Below are positions 26,500 to 35,517 of a stretch of DNA of 64,000 nucleotides, piece by piece (position 1 is the first letter of the stretch; every line of letters starts with the position of its first letter). A program made the translations under genes and the position numbers. The notes beneath the pieces are model-generated. The model did not search any database, had not been told where the DNA came from, and saw only the letters and a list, made by a program, of their open reading frames with translations. Origin of the DNA: an uncultured Eubacteriales bacterium (lineage in GTDB: Bacteria; Bacillota; Clostridia; Christensenellales; CAG-138); NCBI GenBank assembly GCA_900542615.1, contig UQOG01000002.1, forward strand, positions 11,718 to 75,717, given 5' to 3'.

Positions 26500-27075
26500 A
26501 TGAATATACAACATGCCAGCCGAATGCGGCTCGATAAGGGGCCTATGGAGCTCCTTGCCCAGCATCCATATTTGTTGCTTTACCTGGCCTTCTTTTTGGT
26601 GGCCGGGGTGGCTGCGGGCGTTTCCACCGCCAGGATGGCTCAGGAGGCGGAGCCCATACTGCCAAAGGCGTTTTCCCAGCTGCAAAACGGCACTTATCAG
26701 CTTTGGCCGGGGCTATTGCACGCCGTTGCGCTGAATGGTTTCCTGTATATGTTAGCCTTTGCGCCCGGGCTGTGGCCGCCGCTGCTGGTGGCCAGCGGGG
26801 TCCCGGTGGCATTAAAGGGGTTCTTTATGGGGGCGGGCATTTTTTATCTGGAGCAGGAGCTGGGGCTTGCGGGGCTTGGCTGGAGTATCCCCCTTTGCGT
26901 GGCGCCGGGGCTGTTCCTGGTGGCGGGGGTGATCCTGCGCGTCCTGTCGGATGTGAGCGATCGGGCGGGGCAGCCTGTGGACGGCCTGCCCCAGCGGGCG
27001 GCGGGTTTTGTGCTGCTGTGCATCCTGCTGGAAAGCGGGGCGGCGCCGGCGGCCCTGCGGGCATGGCTCAAATGA
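26500..27075 (+). CDS. SpoIIM-like (DUF95/stage II sporulation protein M family) membrane protein
   Basis: Four to five TM helices. The pattern LLHAVALNGFLYMLAFAPGLWPPLLVASGVPVALKGFFMGAGIFYL resembles the SpoIIM core. Start uncertain (26500, 26524 or 26545). Confidence 0.5.
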   Translation: MNIQHASRMRLDKGPMELLAQHPYLLLYLAFFLVAGVAAGVSTARMAQEAEPILPKAFSQLQNGTYQLWPGLLHAVALNGFLYMLAFAPGLWPPLLVASGVPVALKGFFMGAGIFYLEQELGLAGLGWSIPLCVAPGLFLVAGVILRVLSDVSDRAGQPVDGLPQRAAGFVLLCILLESGAAPAALRAWLK

Positions 27076-27157
27076 TTTGACGGCCAGGGCGGAGAATGGT
27101 AGAATCAAATTGACCAACCAAGCGATTTCCAAGGGATACAAAAGAAAGGATCGGACT

Positions 27158-28336
27158 ATGGCACAGCGTAAACGGGCGATCATCGTGGTGCTGGACAGCG
27201 CGGGTATCGGCAGCCTGCCGGATGCGGCGGACTTCGGGGATGCGGGGGCCAACACCATTTGCAATATTTGTCGGGAGCGGGGCCATCTGGACCTGCCCAA
27301 CATGTACGCCATGGGGCTTTCCCGGATCCAGGGCGTCCATAGCCTGCCGGCCCATACAGGCGCGATCCATGGGGCGTACGGACGGGCCATGGAAAAAACC
27401 CATGCCAAGGATACCACCTGCGGCCATTGGGAAATGGCGGGGGTGATTATGGAGGAGCCCTTCCAAACCTATCCAAAGGGGTTCCCGCCTCGGATCATGG
27501 AGGCCTTTGAAGCCAAGATCGGCAGGGGCACCCTGGGGAATTGCGTGGCCTCGGGCACGGCCATCATCCAGGAGCTGGGGGACGAGCATGTGCGCACGGG
27601 GAAGCCCATCGTATACACCTCTGCGGACAGCGTTTTTCAGGTGGCGGCCCATGAGGCGGTGATCCCGCCGGCGGCGCTCTATGAGATGTGCGAAATCGCC
27701 CGGGCCATGCTGGTGGGGCCGGATCTGGTGGGCCGGGTGATCGCGCGGCCCTTCATCGGCAGCAACGGCCGTTACACCCGCACGGAGAACCGGCGGGATT
27801 TCGCGGTGCCCCCGGTGAAGGAAACCATCCTGGACGGCTTGACGGCCCAAGGGTACCAGACAATCGCCATAGGCAAGATCGAGGATATCTTTTGCCACCG
27901 GGGTATCGGCCTGGTAGACCACACCAAGAACAATCCGGATGGGATCGAAGCCACCTTGCGGTATGTGCAGGAGGGCGGCGGGGACCTGATCTTCACCAAC
28001 CTGGTGGATACGGACATGCTCTACGGCCACAGGAACGATGTGGAAGGGTATGCCAAGGCCCTGGAATATTTTGACCGGCAGCTGCCCCGGATCATGGCGG
28101 CCATGGGGCCGGAGGACCTTTTGATCGTAACGGCGGACCACGGCTGCGACCCCACCTATCCCGGCACGGACCACACCCGGGAGTATATTCCCATCCTGGC
28201 CTGGCGGCCCGGCCTGGACAGGGAGGTGGCGCTGGGTACCCGGGCGACCTTTGCGGATATCGGCAGCACCGCCTATGAACACATAACCGGCCGTCCCTGG
28301 ACCACGGGCCAATCCTTCTTAACGGCGCTGCAATAA
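27158..28336 (+). CDS. deoB: phosphopentomutase
   Basis: Contains AIIVVLDSAGIG, KDTTCGHWEMAG, VYTSADSVFQ, NLVDTDMLYGHRND and VTADHGCDPT. Start ATG 27158. Confidence 0.92.
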   Translation: MAQRKRAIIVVLDSAGIGSLPDAADFGDAGANTICNICRERGHLDLPNMYAMGLSRIQGVHSLPAHTGAIHGAYGRAMEKTHAKDTTCGHWEMAGVIMEEPFQTYPKGFPPRIMEAFEAKIGRGTLGNCVASGTAIIQELGDEHVRTGKPIVYTSADSVFQVAAHEAVIPPAALYEMCEIARAMLVGPDLVGRVIARPFIGSNGRYTRTENRRDFAVPPVKETILDGLTAQGYQTIAIGKIEDIFCHRGIGLVDHTKNNPDGIEATLRYVQEGGGDLIFTNLVDTDMLYGHRNDVEGYAKALEYFDRQLPRIMAAMGPEDLLIVTADHGCDPTYPGTDHTREYIPILAWRPGLDREVALGTRATFADIGSTAYEHITGRPWTTGQSFLTALQ

Positions 28337-28450
28337 ACCTTTGGCAAAAAAATAAGGAATGTTAGCCTGGAAAATCTCCTTTCCATCCGTATGGCACCCC
28401 CCTTTTCTTCATACGTATGTAGTAGTATGCATGAACAGGGGGGTATTTCT

Positions 28451-29593
28451 ATGGGAAAACGCTTGCTTGCCGCGGCCCTGGCGATGCTGTGGCTGCTGCC
28501 TGCCGGGACGGCCTGGGCAGATGGGGAAGCGGACCTGGAGCTTGCCGGCGCCAAGGCGGCGGTGCTGATGGAGCAGGGCGGCGGCCAGGTGGTATTTGGG
28601 GCCCAGGCGGATGAAAAGCTGGAAGTAGGCGGCTTATCCCGCTTGCCTGCCCTATTGGCCGTATGCGAAGGGATAGACGCGGGCCTGCTGGGGCTGGATA
28701 TGACGGTGACCGTGAGCCATGAAGCGGCGGCCATTCAGGGCCCCACCGCCTTTTTATCCCCAGGGGAGGCCATAGACGCCGGTTCTCTGCTCAAGGCCGG
28801 CATCATCATCACCGCCGGGGATGCCATCTATGCCCTGGGGGAAGCGGTGTTCGGCACGGAGGAAGCCTGCCTTATCCGGATCCGGGAGCGGCTGGCCAGC
28901 CTGAACATCCAGGCGGAATACGGGGATATGTTGGGAAGCGGTGTAAAGCTATCGGCCCGGGATCTAGCGGCCCTGGGAAGGGCGCTGATGGCAAGTCCGT
29001 CCTTTACCAGCTATAGCGGCATTTTCCTGGATACAATCACCCACCCGGACGGCCGGGAGACCCAGCTGGCCAGCTCCAACCGGTTGATCAAGTCCATGCC
29101 CGGCTGCAACGGCGTGGCCACCGGCTCCTCCAGCACGGCGGGGTATTGCGGCGTGTACAGCGTCAAGCGCAACGGGGCGACCTGGCTTTGCGCCGTGATC
29201 GGCGCGCCGGATTCCGCCGCCCGGTCCGCCGCGGCCACCGCCCTTTTGGAGCATGGCTTTGCCGCCTATGAGGTAAAAACCCTGGCCCGAGCGGAGTCCG
29301 TCTTGGTAGACGCGGTGCCTGTCCAGGGGGCGAAGCAGGCCAACGTGGCCCTGGTAGCGGCTGGCGACGCCATTTTGCTGCTGCCAAAAGGGGTCAGCTT
29401 TGAGACCCAATTTGATTTGCCGGAGTTCCTGAGCGCCCCTGTGTCCAGCCGGGAGGGGGTGGGCAGCGTAACCTACGTGGATGGGGATGGGGAAACCCTG
29501 TGTAGGGTGGACCTGCTGCCGGCGGAGGATATCCCCCAGGCCCAGGTGCTGGATTATACGGCCATGCTGTTGCAAAGATGGGTGCATGGCTAG
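28451..29593 (+). CDS. secreted PBP5/S11 D-Ala-D-Ala carboxypeptidase homologue with degenerate catalytic motifs (probable pseudoenzyme)
   Basis: Signal peptide MGKRLLAAALAMLWLLPAGTAWA. Collinear with the paralogue at 32887..34014, but SxxK, SxN and KTG are replaced (GGLSRLP, TAGD, ATG). Start ATG 28451 with an AACAGGGGGG SD. Confidence 0.75.
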   Translation: MGKRLLAAALAMLWLLPAGTAWADGEADLELAGAKAAVLMEQGGGQVVFGAQADEKLEVGGLSRLPALLAVCEGIDAGLLGLDMTVTVSHEAAAIQGPTAFLSPGEAIDAGSLLKAGIIITAGDAIYALGEAVFGTEEACLIRIRERLASLNIQAEYGDMLGSGVKLSARDLAALGRALMASPSFTSYSGIFLDTITHPDGRETQLASSNRLIKSMPGCNGVATGSSSTAGYCGVYSVKRNGATWLCAVIGAPDSAARSAAATALLEHGFAAYEVKTLARAESVLVDAVPVQGAKQANVALVAAGDAILLLPKGVSFETQFDLPEFLSAPVSSREGVGSVTYVDGDGETLCRVDLLPAEDIPQAQVLDYTAMLLQRWVHG

Positions 29594-29630
29594 GGGTTTC
29601 GCCGCATTTTGGCGGCCTTCGCCAAGAGGC

Positions 29631-29660
29631 TTGCCAAAAAGATCGGCCATAGCGTATAAT
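29631..29660 (+). promoter_or_regulatory. sigma-A-type promoter candidate for the M50 protease gene
   Basis: TTGCCA (29631..29636), an 18-nt spacer, then TATAAT (29655..29660). Confidence 0.45.
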
Positions 29661-29694
29661 AACAGCATCTATGTTTTAATGAGGTGCTGAAAAT

Positions 29695-30369
29695 TTGTTT
29701 GGTATTACGAGCTTTTTTTCCAACCCTTCGGGGATGCTGTCCCAGCTTCTTTATCGGATCCCGGCGATCCTGGTTGCCCTTTCCTTCCATGAATGGGCCC
29801 ACGCCTACGCGGCGTATAAGCTGGGCGACCCCACGGCCCGGAATATGGGCAGGATGACCATCAATCCCTTTGCCCATATCGATCCGCTGGGCTTTTTGAC
29901 CCTGTTGCTGTTCCGCTTCGGCTGGGCAAAGCCTGTGCCCATCTCCACCCGCTACTTTAAGAACGCCCGCCGGGATGAGCTGATCGTTTCCCTGGCCGGC
30001 GTGGCAGCCAATTTGATCTTGGCCTTTTTAAGCATGGGCGTGTTATATGTTTTCATCTTCACCACCGGGGTGAACCAGGCGGGGATGGAGCTATTTAGCA
30101 ACTTCTTTTTCCTGAATATCAGCTTGTGCATTTTTAACCTGCTGCCCATTCCGCCGCTGGATGGCTATCATGTGGCCCAGTGCCTGTTCCTGCGGGGGCA
30201 AAAGACCTATCGCGTTTTCGCATTCCTAGATCGGTACGGGTATATCATCCTGTTGGTGCTGCTCTTTACCGGGGTGCTGAGCACCATCATGTCCCCCCTG
30301 GTAAACGGAATCGTATACGGTATAGATGGAATATACCGGCTGATTTTCCAGGTGGCGGGGCTCCTGTAA
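29695..30369 (+). CDS. site-2 protease (peptidase M50) family zinc metalloprotease
   Basis: HEWAHAYAAYKLGDPTARNMGRMTINPFAHIDPLGFL (HExxH), several TM helices and NLLPIPPLDG. TTG start 8 nt after a GAGGTG SD. Confidence 0.8.
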   Translation: MFGITSFFSNPSGMLSQLLYRIPAILVALSFHEWAHAYAAYKLGDPTARNMGRMTINPFAHIDPLGFLTLLLFRFGWAKPVPISTRYFKNARRDELIVSLAGVAANLILAFLSMGVLYVFIFTTGVNQAGMELFSNFFFLNISLCIFNLLPIPPLDGYHVAQCLFLRGQKTYRVFAFLDRYGYIILLVLLFTGVLSTIMSPLVNGIVYGIDGIYRLIFQVAGLL

Positions 30370-30375
30370 CACGAC

Positions 30376-31140
30376 ATGGCGTATCAGGTACATCTCAAGC
30401 AATTTGACGGCCCCTTGGACCTGCTGCTCCATCTGATCGAACAGGCGGAGGTGGATATCAAGGATATATTCATCTCCGAGATCACCACCCAGTATTTGGC
30501 CTATATGGCCCAGGTGGATGAACTGGATATGGATACGGCCAGCGAGTTTTTGACCATGGCCGCTACGCTGGTGTATATCAAGTCCCGCTCCCTGTTGCCC
30601 CGGCCCCCAAAGGAGGAGGAAGAGGGGGAGGATCCGGCGGAGACCCTGATCCGGCAATTGCGGGAATACAAGGCCATCAAGCTGGCGGGCCAGCGGCTAC
30701 AGGAGCTGGAGCAGGCCGTTAGGGGCATGTATACCAAGCTGCCGGAGGAATTTCTTCTGCCGCCCCAGGAGGTAGTATGGGAAGGCGGCACCCGGGAAGG
30801 GCTGTTTGAGACCTTTTTGGAGCTGCTGCATAAGCGGGAGCTGGCCAAGGAATCCGCCGTACAGCGCCAGGAAGTGCAGGCGGATACCTTTACCGTGCGC
30901 ACCCAGCTGGGTAAGCTGCGCAGCCTGCTGCGGGAGAAGGAACAGGTGGAGTTTTGGGAGCTGTTTCCCCCCGACACCTGCAAGCTGGAGATGATCGTAA
31001 CCTTTATGGCCCTGTTGGACATGCTGACCCGTGGGGAAGTGCAGATCCAGCAAAGCCAGCCCTATGCCCCCATCCGCATTCAGCGGGGGAACCTGCTGGG
31101 GGAGGATGAGCAGGGCGAGACCTATATGGATGAAGTATAA
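30376..31140 (+). CDS. scpA: segregation and condensation protein A
   Basis: Contains FDGPLDLLLHLIEQAEVDIKDIFISEITTQYL and a C-terminal winged helix. 254 aa. Confidence 0.9.
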   Translation: MAYQVHLKQFDGPLDLLLHLIEQAEVDIKDIFISEITTQYLAYMAQVDELDMDTASEFLTMAATLVYIKSRSLLPRPPKEEEEGEDPAETLIRQLREYKAIKLAGQRLQELEQAVRGMYTKLPEEFLLPPQEVVWEGGTREGLFETFLELLHKRELAKESAVQRQEVQADTFTVRTQLGKLRSLLREKEQVEFWELFPPDTCKLEMIVTFMALLDMLTRGEVQIQQSQPYAPIRIQRGNLLGEDEQGETYMDEV

Positions 31141-31141
31141 G

Positions 31142-31792
31142 ATGGATGGTGAAACAATGGACCAAGGGAAGCCGCAAACGGATCAGGAATGGTATGGAGC
31201 CATAGAATGCATCCTGTTCGTGTCCGGGGAGCCGGTGGATATGGTGTCTTTGCAGCGGGCGCTGGGGCTGACGGAGCTGGAATTGCAGTCTATCCTGGGT
31301 AAAATGGAGGAAAGCTATAAGGCCCAGGACCGGGGGATCCAGCTATACCGCACCGGTGATACGGTGCAGCTGGTGTCCAACCGCAAATATGCCGGCTATG
31401 TGGAGGCCCTGTTGCAGCCCGCCCAGACCAAGAGCTTTTCCCAAGCCATGCTGGAGACCCTGTCCATCGTGGCCTACAAGCAGCCGGTCACCCGGAACGA
31501 TATCGAAGCCATTCGGGGCGTCCGGTGCGAATATTCCGTGAGCCAGCTGCTCAAGCTGGGGCTCATCCAAGAGCTGGGGCGCAAGGACGCAGTGGGCCGG
31601 CCCATGCTCTTTGGTACCACGGACGCGTTTTTGCGGCAGTTTGGCCTGCACGACCTGGGAGAGCTGCCCAGCTATGAAACCTTTTCCAAGGACATTTCCG
31701 ACGAGATGGAGGACGCCGTCTCCCTTGCGCCGCCCATCGCGGAAAAGGACCCGGACCAGCTGGAGCTGGAATTGCCCAAACCCTTGCTGTAA
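31142..31792 (+). CDS. scpB: segregation and condensation protein B
   Basis: Contains IECILFVSGEPV...MLETLSIVAYKQPVTRNDIEAIRGV...GRKDAVGRPMLFGTT. Start ATG 31142; 31130 and 31157 are alternatives. Confidence 0.88.
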   Translation: MDGETMDQGKPQTDQEWYGAIECILFVSGEPVDMVSLQRALGLTELELQSILGKMEESYKAQDRGIQLYRTGDTVQLVSNRKYAGYVEALLQPAQTKSFSQAMLETLSIVAYKQPVTRNDIEAIRGVRCEYSVSQLLKLGLIQELGRKDAVGRPMLFGTTDAFLRQFGLHDLGELPSYETFSKDISDEMEDAVSLAPPIAEKDPDQLELELPKPLL

Positions 31793-31883
31793 CCCGCAAT
31801 ATGGATCTATCAGCCGATCGGCTGGACATAAGTTTCCAGCCCTGGCAGAATACTAAGGCCAGTACCTGCTTTAAGGAGGGGAC

Positions 31884-32468
31884 ATGGCCTTTTTTCTTAT
31901 TATACTTTTAATTGGTCTAGGGGTGGCGGCGGGGCTTTTATGGCCCACGCCCGTTTCCTTTTGCCTGCAATGGGAAGGACGGGCGCTTCGGCTGCGGGGA
32001 TCCCTGCGGATCTGCTTTACCCTGCTGCCCATCAAGGTGGAGGTTACGCTGCAATATTTTCCCCTGCGGCTGTATTGGGGGCGGCGGCAGCTGCCCCTGG
32101 GCGGGAAAAAACCAAAGCAAAAGCCGGCGGGCCTTGGCAGGGCGCTGTTCGCCCAGCGGGCCGCCTGGCTTTCCATGGCCCGGCTGCGGCTGTTGGGCAA
32201 CGTGGGGAAGCTGGGGGACGCATACCGGTCCGTGCTGTATGCTGGGGCGCTGCATATCGGGGCCGACTGCCTGTTCCAGGCCCTACTGGAACCCGATGCG
32301 TTGGAGATCCGGGTAGCGCCCATATGGGATTGCCGGTGCTTTTGGGTGAAACTGGAAGGCATAGGAACCCTGCGGCCTTGGCAGATTATAGGTGTTGCCA
32401 TCCGGCATCAAATACATAGGAGCAGGCGAGGTAGCAAGCTATGGCACACCCCATCGAAAACATTATGA
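31884..32468 (+). CDS. DUF2953 / YtfI-like sporulation protein
   Basis: N-terminal TM helix and a basic Pro-rich linker. It sits directly upstream of and overlaps the ytfJ/gerW homologue, matching the ytfI-ytfJ pair. AAGGAGGGG SD. Confidence 0.55.
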   Translation: MAFFLIILLIGLGVAAGLLWPTPVSFCLQWEGRALRLRGSLRICFTLLPIKVEVTLQYFPLRLYWGRRQLPLGGKKPKQKPAGLGRALFAQRAAWLSMARLRLLGNVGKLGDAYRSVLYAGALHIGADCLFQALLEPDALEIRVAPIWDCRCFWVKLEGIGTLRPWQIIGVAIRHQIHRSRRGSKLWHTPSKTL

Positions 32469-32890
32469 AAACCACCATGGAAGAGATCAAGCAGATGGTG
32501 GACGTAAATACCGTGGTAGGGACCCCCATTCTAACGGGCGCGGAGACCATGATCCTGCCCGTATCCAAGGTGAGCGTAGGCTTCTTTTCCGGAGGCGGGG
32601 AATACGGCGCCGGGAAGCCGGAAAAGGGCATGTGCCCCATCGCAAAAAGCGGGGCGGAGCTATCGGCGGACCAGGCGGAAACCGGCTATCCCTTTGCGGG
32701 CGCGTCCATTGGCGGCATGACCCTGACGCCTTTGGCATTTTTGTCCGTGACCAATGGGAATGTGAAGGTGCTGCCCGCCCAGAGCAATACCACCCTGGAC
32801 CGGGCCATCGAGCTCATGCCCGAGGCCATCACCACCCTGGAGCAGGCCATCTCCGGCTTATGTAAGAAGGGGGCCGAAGAAGCGAAATGA
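32441..32890 (+). CDS. gerW: GerW/YtfJ-family spore protein
   Basis: Contains MAHPIENIMKTTMEEIKQMVDVNTVVGTPILTGAETMILPVSKVSVGFFSGGGEYG and a second half with GASIGGMTLTPLAFLSV. Confidence 0.85.
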   Translation: MAHPIENIMKTTMEEIKQMVDVNTVVGTPILTGAETMILPVSKVSVGFFSGGGEYGAGKPEKGMCPIAKSGAELSADQAETGYPFAGASIGGMTLTPLAFLSVTNGNVKVLPAQSNTTLDRAIELMPEAITTLEQAISGLCKKGAEEAK

Positions 32891-34014
32891 GGGGGCGGCA
32901 AGTAAGGCGGTATTTTGCAGGCGCCATCGCCGCCCTGTGTTTCTGGCTTGCCCTGCCCGCCATGGCGGCGCAGGAGCCGGTATCCAGCGCGGCGGGGGCC
33001 ATCCTGATGGAGGCGACCACCGGGAAGGTGCTCTACGCCAAGGACGCCCATAAGCAGCTGCCCATGGCCAGCACCACCAAGATCATGACGGCCCTGCTGG
33101 CCATCGAGCAAGGGGACCTGGACGAGCTGGTCACCACGGACGCCAGCGCCTATGGGGTGGAGGGCTCCAGTATGTATTTGCAGCTGGAGGAGACGATTAG
33201 CCTGCGGGATCTGCTCTATGGGTTGATGCTGCCCTCCGGGAACGATGCGGCGGTGGCCATCGCGGTACACATCGGCCATGGCGTGGAGCAGTTCGCCGAT
33301 ATGATGAACCAGCGGGCAAAGTCCCTGGGGGCGAAAAACACCTATTTTGTCACCCCCAACGGCCTGCCGGACCCGGACCATTATACCACCGCCTATGACC
33401 TTGCCTGCATCGCGGCGGCGGCCATGCAAAACCCCACCTTCCGGGAGATCGTATCCGCCCAGTATTACCGCACCAGCACCGGGGCGGTGCAGCGGACGTT
33501 TAAGAATAAGAACAAGATCCTGTGGAATTACGAGGGGGGAAACGGGGTTAAGACCGGCTATACCAAGGCGGCAGGCCGGTGCCTGGTGTTTGCGGCGGAG
33601 CGGGATGGAATGCAGCTGGTGGGGGTGCTGCTCAATTGCAACGACATGTTCGAGGAAGCGGAAACGCTGCTGGACTACGGCATGGAGCATTATGAGATGG
33701 TTCCCCTGGTAAAGGGCGGCCAGGCGGTGGCCAACCTGTACGTGGCGGATGGGATGAAAAACCGGTTGGCACTTTGCCCGGGGGAAGATATAATGGTACC
33801 AGTGGAAAAGGATGGCAGCAGCCTGTATAAGACCCGGGTGCTGCTGCCGGATATGGTAACGGCGCCCATAGAAGCCGGGCAGGTCTGCGGGGAAGTGGAG
33901 GTCCTGGAGGAGGACGGCACCCTTCGGGCCAAATTCGACCTGCTTGCCATGGAGGATGTGGATCAGGCCACGGTGGGCTTCTATATCCAAAAGCTGTTCC
34001 GGAATATGACGTAG
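32887..34014 (+). CDS. D-alanyl-D-alanine carboxypeptidase (PBP5/S11 family, catalytic motifs intact)
   Basis: Signal peptide present. Carries SxxK (MASTTKIMT), SxN (LPSGNDAA) and KTG (GVKTGYT), plus a C-terminal PBP5_C domain. ATGA overlap with gerW. Confidence 0.88.
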   Translation: MRGRQVRRYFAGAIAALCFWLALPAMAAQEPVSSAAGAILMEATTGKVLYAKDAHKQLPMASTTKIMTALLAIEQGDLDELVTTDASAYGVEGSSMYLQLEETISLRDLLYGLMLPSGNDAAVAIAVHIGHGVEQFADMMNQRAKSLGAKNTYFVTPNGLPDPDHYTTAYDLACIAAAAMQNPTFREIVSAQYYRTSTGAVQRTFKNKNKILWNYEGGNGVKTGYTKAAGRCLVFAAERDGMQLVGVLLNCNDMFEEAETLLDYGMEHYEMVPLVKGGQAVANLYVADGMKNRLALCPGEDIMVPVEKDGSSLYKTRVLLPDMVTAPIEAGQVCGEVEVLEEDGTLRAKFDLLAMEDVDQATVGFYIQKLFRNMT

Positions 34015-34068
34015 GCGGTTCCAGGTTGCGCTTTGTTGCCTTAGGCGGAGGCTGCTTGGAGGACGTAA

Positions 34069-34090
34069 GCCCTGCCCAGGCAGGGCATTT
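34069..34090 (+). terminator. weak terminator candidate after the carboxypeptidase gene
   Basis: Stem GCCCTGCC / GGCAGGGC with a very short loop, followed by ATTT. Confidence 0.35.
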
Positions 34091-34146
34091 CGGTGCGGCC
34101 GGGGGTAGGCGGCGCCAAGGATGTACATACGGAGGGGGAAATCGGG

Positions 34147-34866
34147 ATGCGGCTGCAAAAGTATATGGCGGAGGCGGGGGTGGCTTCCCGCCGCAAGTGC
34201 GAAGATCTGATCCAGGCGGGCCGGGTCAAGGTCAACGGCCAGGTGGCCATCCTGGGGACCTGCGTGGAGCCGCAACAGGACCTGGTGGAGCTGGATGGGA
34301 AGCCCCTTGGCGAAAGCCAACGGAAGGTGACGGTGATCCTCCATAAGCCGAGGGGGGTCATGTGTACGGCCCAGGATCCTCAGGGAAGGCCCACGGTGGG
34401 GGAATATGTACGGGACCTGCCGGCGCGGGTATACAACGCGGGCCGGCTGGATTACGATTCCGAAGGGCTGCTGGTAATGACCAACGATGGTGAGCTGGCC
34501 TATCGGCTCACCCATCCCAAGTTTTGCATGGATAAGACCTATTCCGCCATCTGCGACGGGCTGCTGACAAAGGAACAGATCGCCGCGCTGGAGCAGGGAG
34601 TCCTTTTGGAGGATGGGCCTACCCACCCTGCCAAGGTGGAGGAGGTGTATCGGCTGCGCAATGGCAATACCGCCTTTAACATCACCATTCACGAGGGCCG
34701 GAACCGGCAGGTGCGGCGGATGCTGGAGGCGGTGGGCCATGAGACGCTGGCCCTCAAGCGGGTGGCGCTGGGGCCCCTGCGGCTGGGAGACCTGCCCAGC
34801 GGGGATTACCGGCCCCTGACGGACCAGGAATGGGACGCCCTGCACGCATGGCTGGAAAGCCATTAG
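34147..34866 (+). CDS. rluB: pseudouridine synthase, RsuA/RluB family
   Basis: S4 domain (MRLQKYMAEAGVASRRKCEDLIQAGRVKVNG) and catalytic motif AGRLDYDSEGLLVMTNDG. GGAGGGGGA SD before ATG 34147. Confidence 0.85.
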   Translation: MRLQKYMAEAGVASRRKCEDLIQAGRVKVNGQVAILGTCVEPQQDLVELDGKPLGESQRKVTVILHKPRGVMCTAQDPQGRPTVGEYVRDLPARVYNAGRLDYDSEGLLVMTNDGELAYRLTHPKFCMDKTYSAICDGLLTKEQIAALEQGVLLEDGPTHPAKVEEVYRLRNGNTAFNITIHEGRNRQVRRMLEAVGHETLALKRVALGPLRLGDLPSGDYRPLTDQEWDALHAWLESH

Positions 34867-34926
34867 CAAAAAATATGGCAAACCCGAAAGGGATTAAAAT
34901 ATCATTGGTAAAATTGACAAATCTCC

Positions 34927-34955
34927 TTGCGTACAAGTCTGGATTTATGTACAAT
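34927..34955 (+). promoter_or_regulatory. possible promoter of the decarboxylase operon
   Basis: TTGCGT (34927..34932), a 17-nt spacer, then TACAAT (34950..34955), inside an AT-rich 200-bp spacer. Confidence 0.3.
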
Positions 34956-35064
34956 ATAAGTGGTCGGGTTTTGCTTGAACGCCTTGTTTCAAGGAACCAT
35001 TATAACAATATCTTATATCAATTTACACTTGAAAAAGAATTATTAAGAAGGGAGGAACACAATT

Positions 35065-35475
35065 ATGCAAAACATCAGTCCGTGGTTTGTGCTTGTGCTT
35101 GGCATGGCGACGGTTTTCATCGGGCTCATTTGCTTGATCCTGCTCACAAAGATTATGAGCGCTGTTATGGTCAAGAACAAAGGCGCGGCGCCCGCTGCCC
35201 AGGAAAAAGCCAAAATGCCTGCGGCGCAGGCCGCGGCCGTTCCCGCAGCGCTGAACATAGGGGACCGCAAGCTGTTGGATGCCATTCTTGCCGCATCCAT
35301 TGCATGTGCCATGGGGACAGAGCCCCAGGGCTTGCGCATCCATTCCATTCGCTGCTTGTCCGCGGCCCCGGCGGGGGATCGCGGCCAGTTTGTAGCCGCG
35401 GTATCCGCGGCGGTAGCCACGGCCATGGGCACCGAGCCCCAGGGCTTACGGATCCACAGCATCAAACGCGTCTAA
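35065..35475 (+). CDS. OadG-family small subunit of a Na+-translocating decarboxylase
   Basis: N-terminal TM helix WFVLVLGMATVFIGLICLILLTKIM, an Ala/Pro-rich linker and two copies of AMGTEPQGLRIHSI(R/K). AGGGAGG SD. Confidence 0.7.
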   Translation: MQNISPWFVLVLGMATVFIGLICLILLTKIMSAVMVKNKGAAPAAQEKAKMPAAQAAAVPAALNIGDRKLLDAILAASIACAMGTEPQGLRIHSIRCLSAAPAGDRGQFVAAVSAAVATAMGTEPQGLRIHSIKRV

Positions 35476-35517
35476 CCCAAACCACAAATTATACAAAATC
35501 ATCAGGAGGATGTACTC

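Noticed and set aside
32686-34881. Very long antisense ORFs (731 aa here; also 44258..46039, 37222..38730, 22475..23872, 27068..28312, 35867..37150 and 4697..5599, all on the minus strand).
   Set aside because: They lie exactly opposite strongly recognisable + strand genes (dacB-type, rluB, ispH-S1, oadA, recN, deoB, oadB, ylmC/nrdR). Their translations are low-complexity and rich in Arg, Gly, Pro, His and Leu. They lack SD sequences. These are typical shadow ORFs of high-GC DNA.
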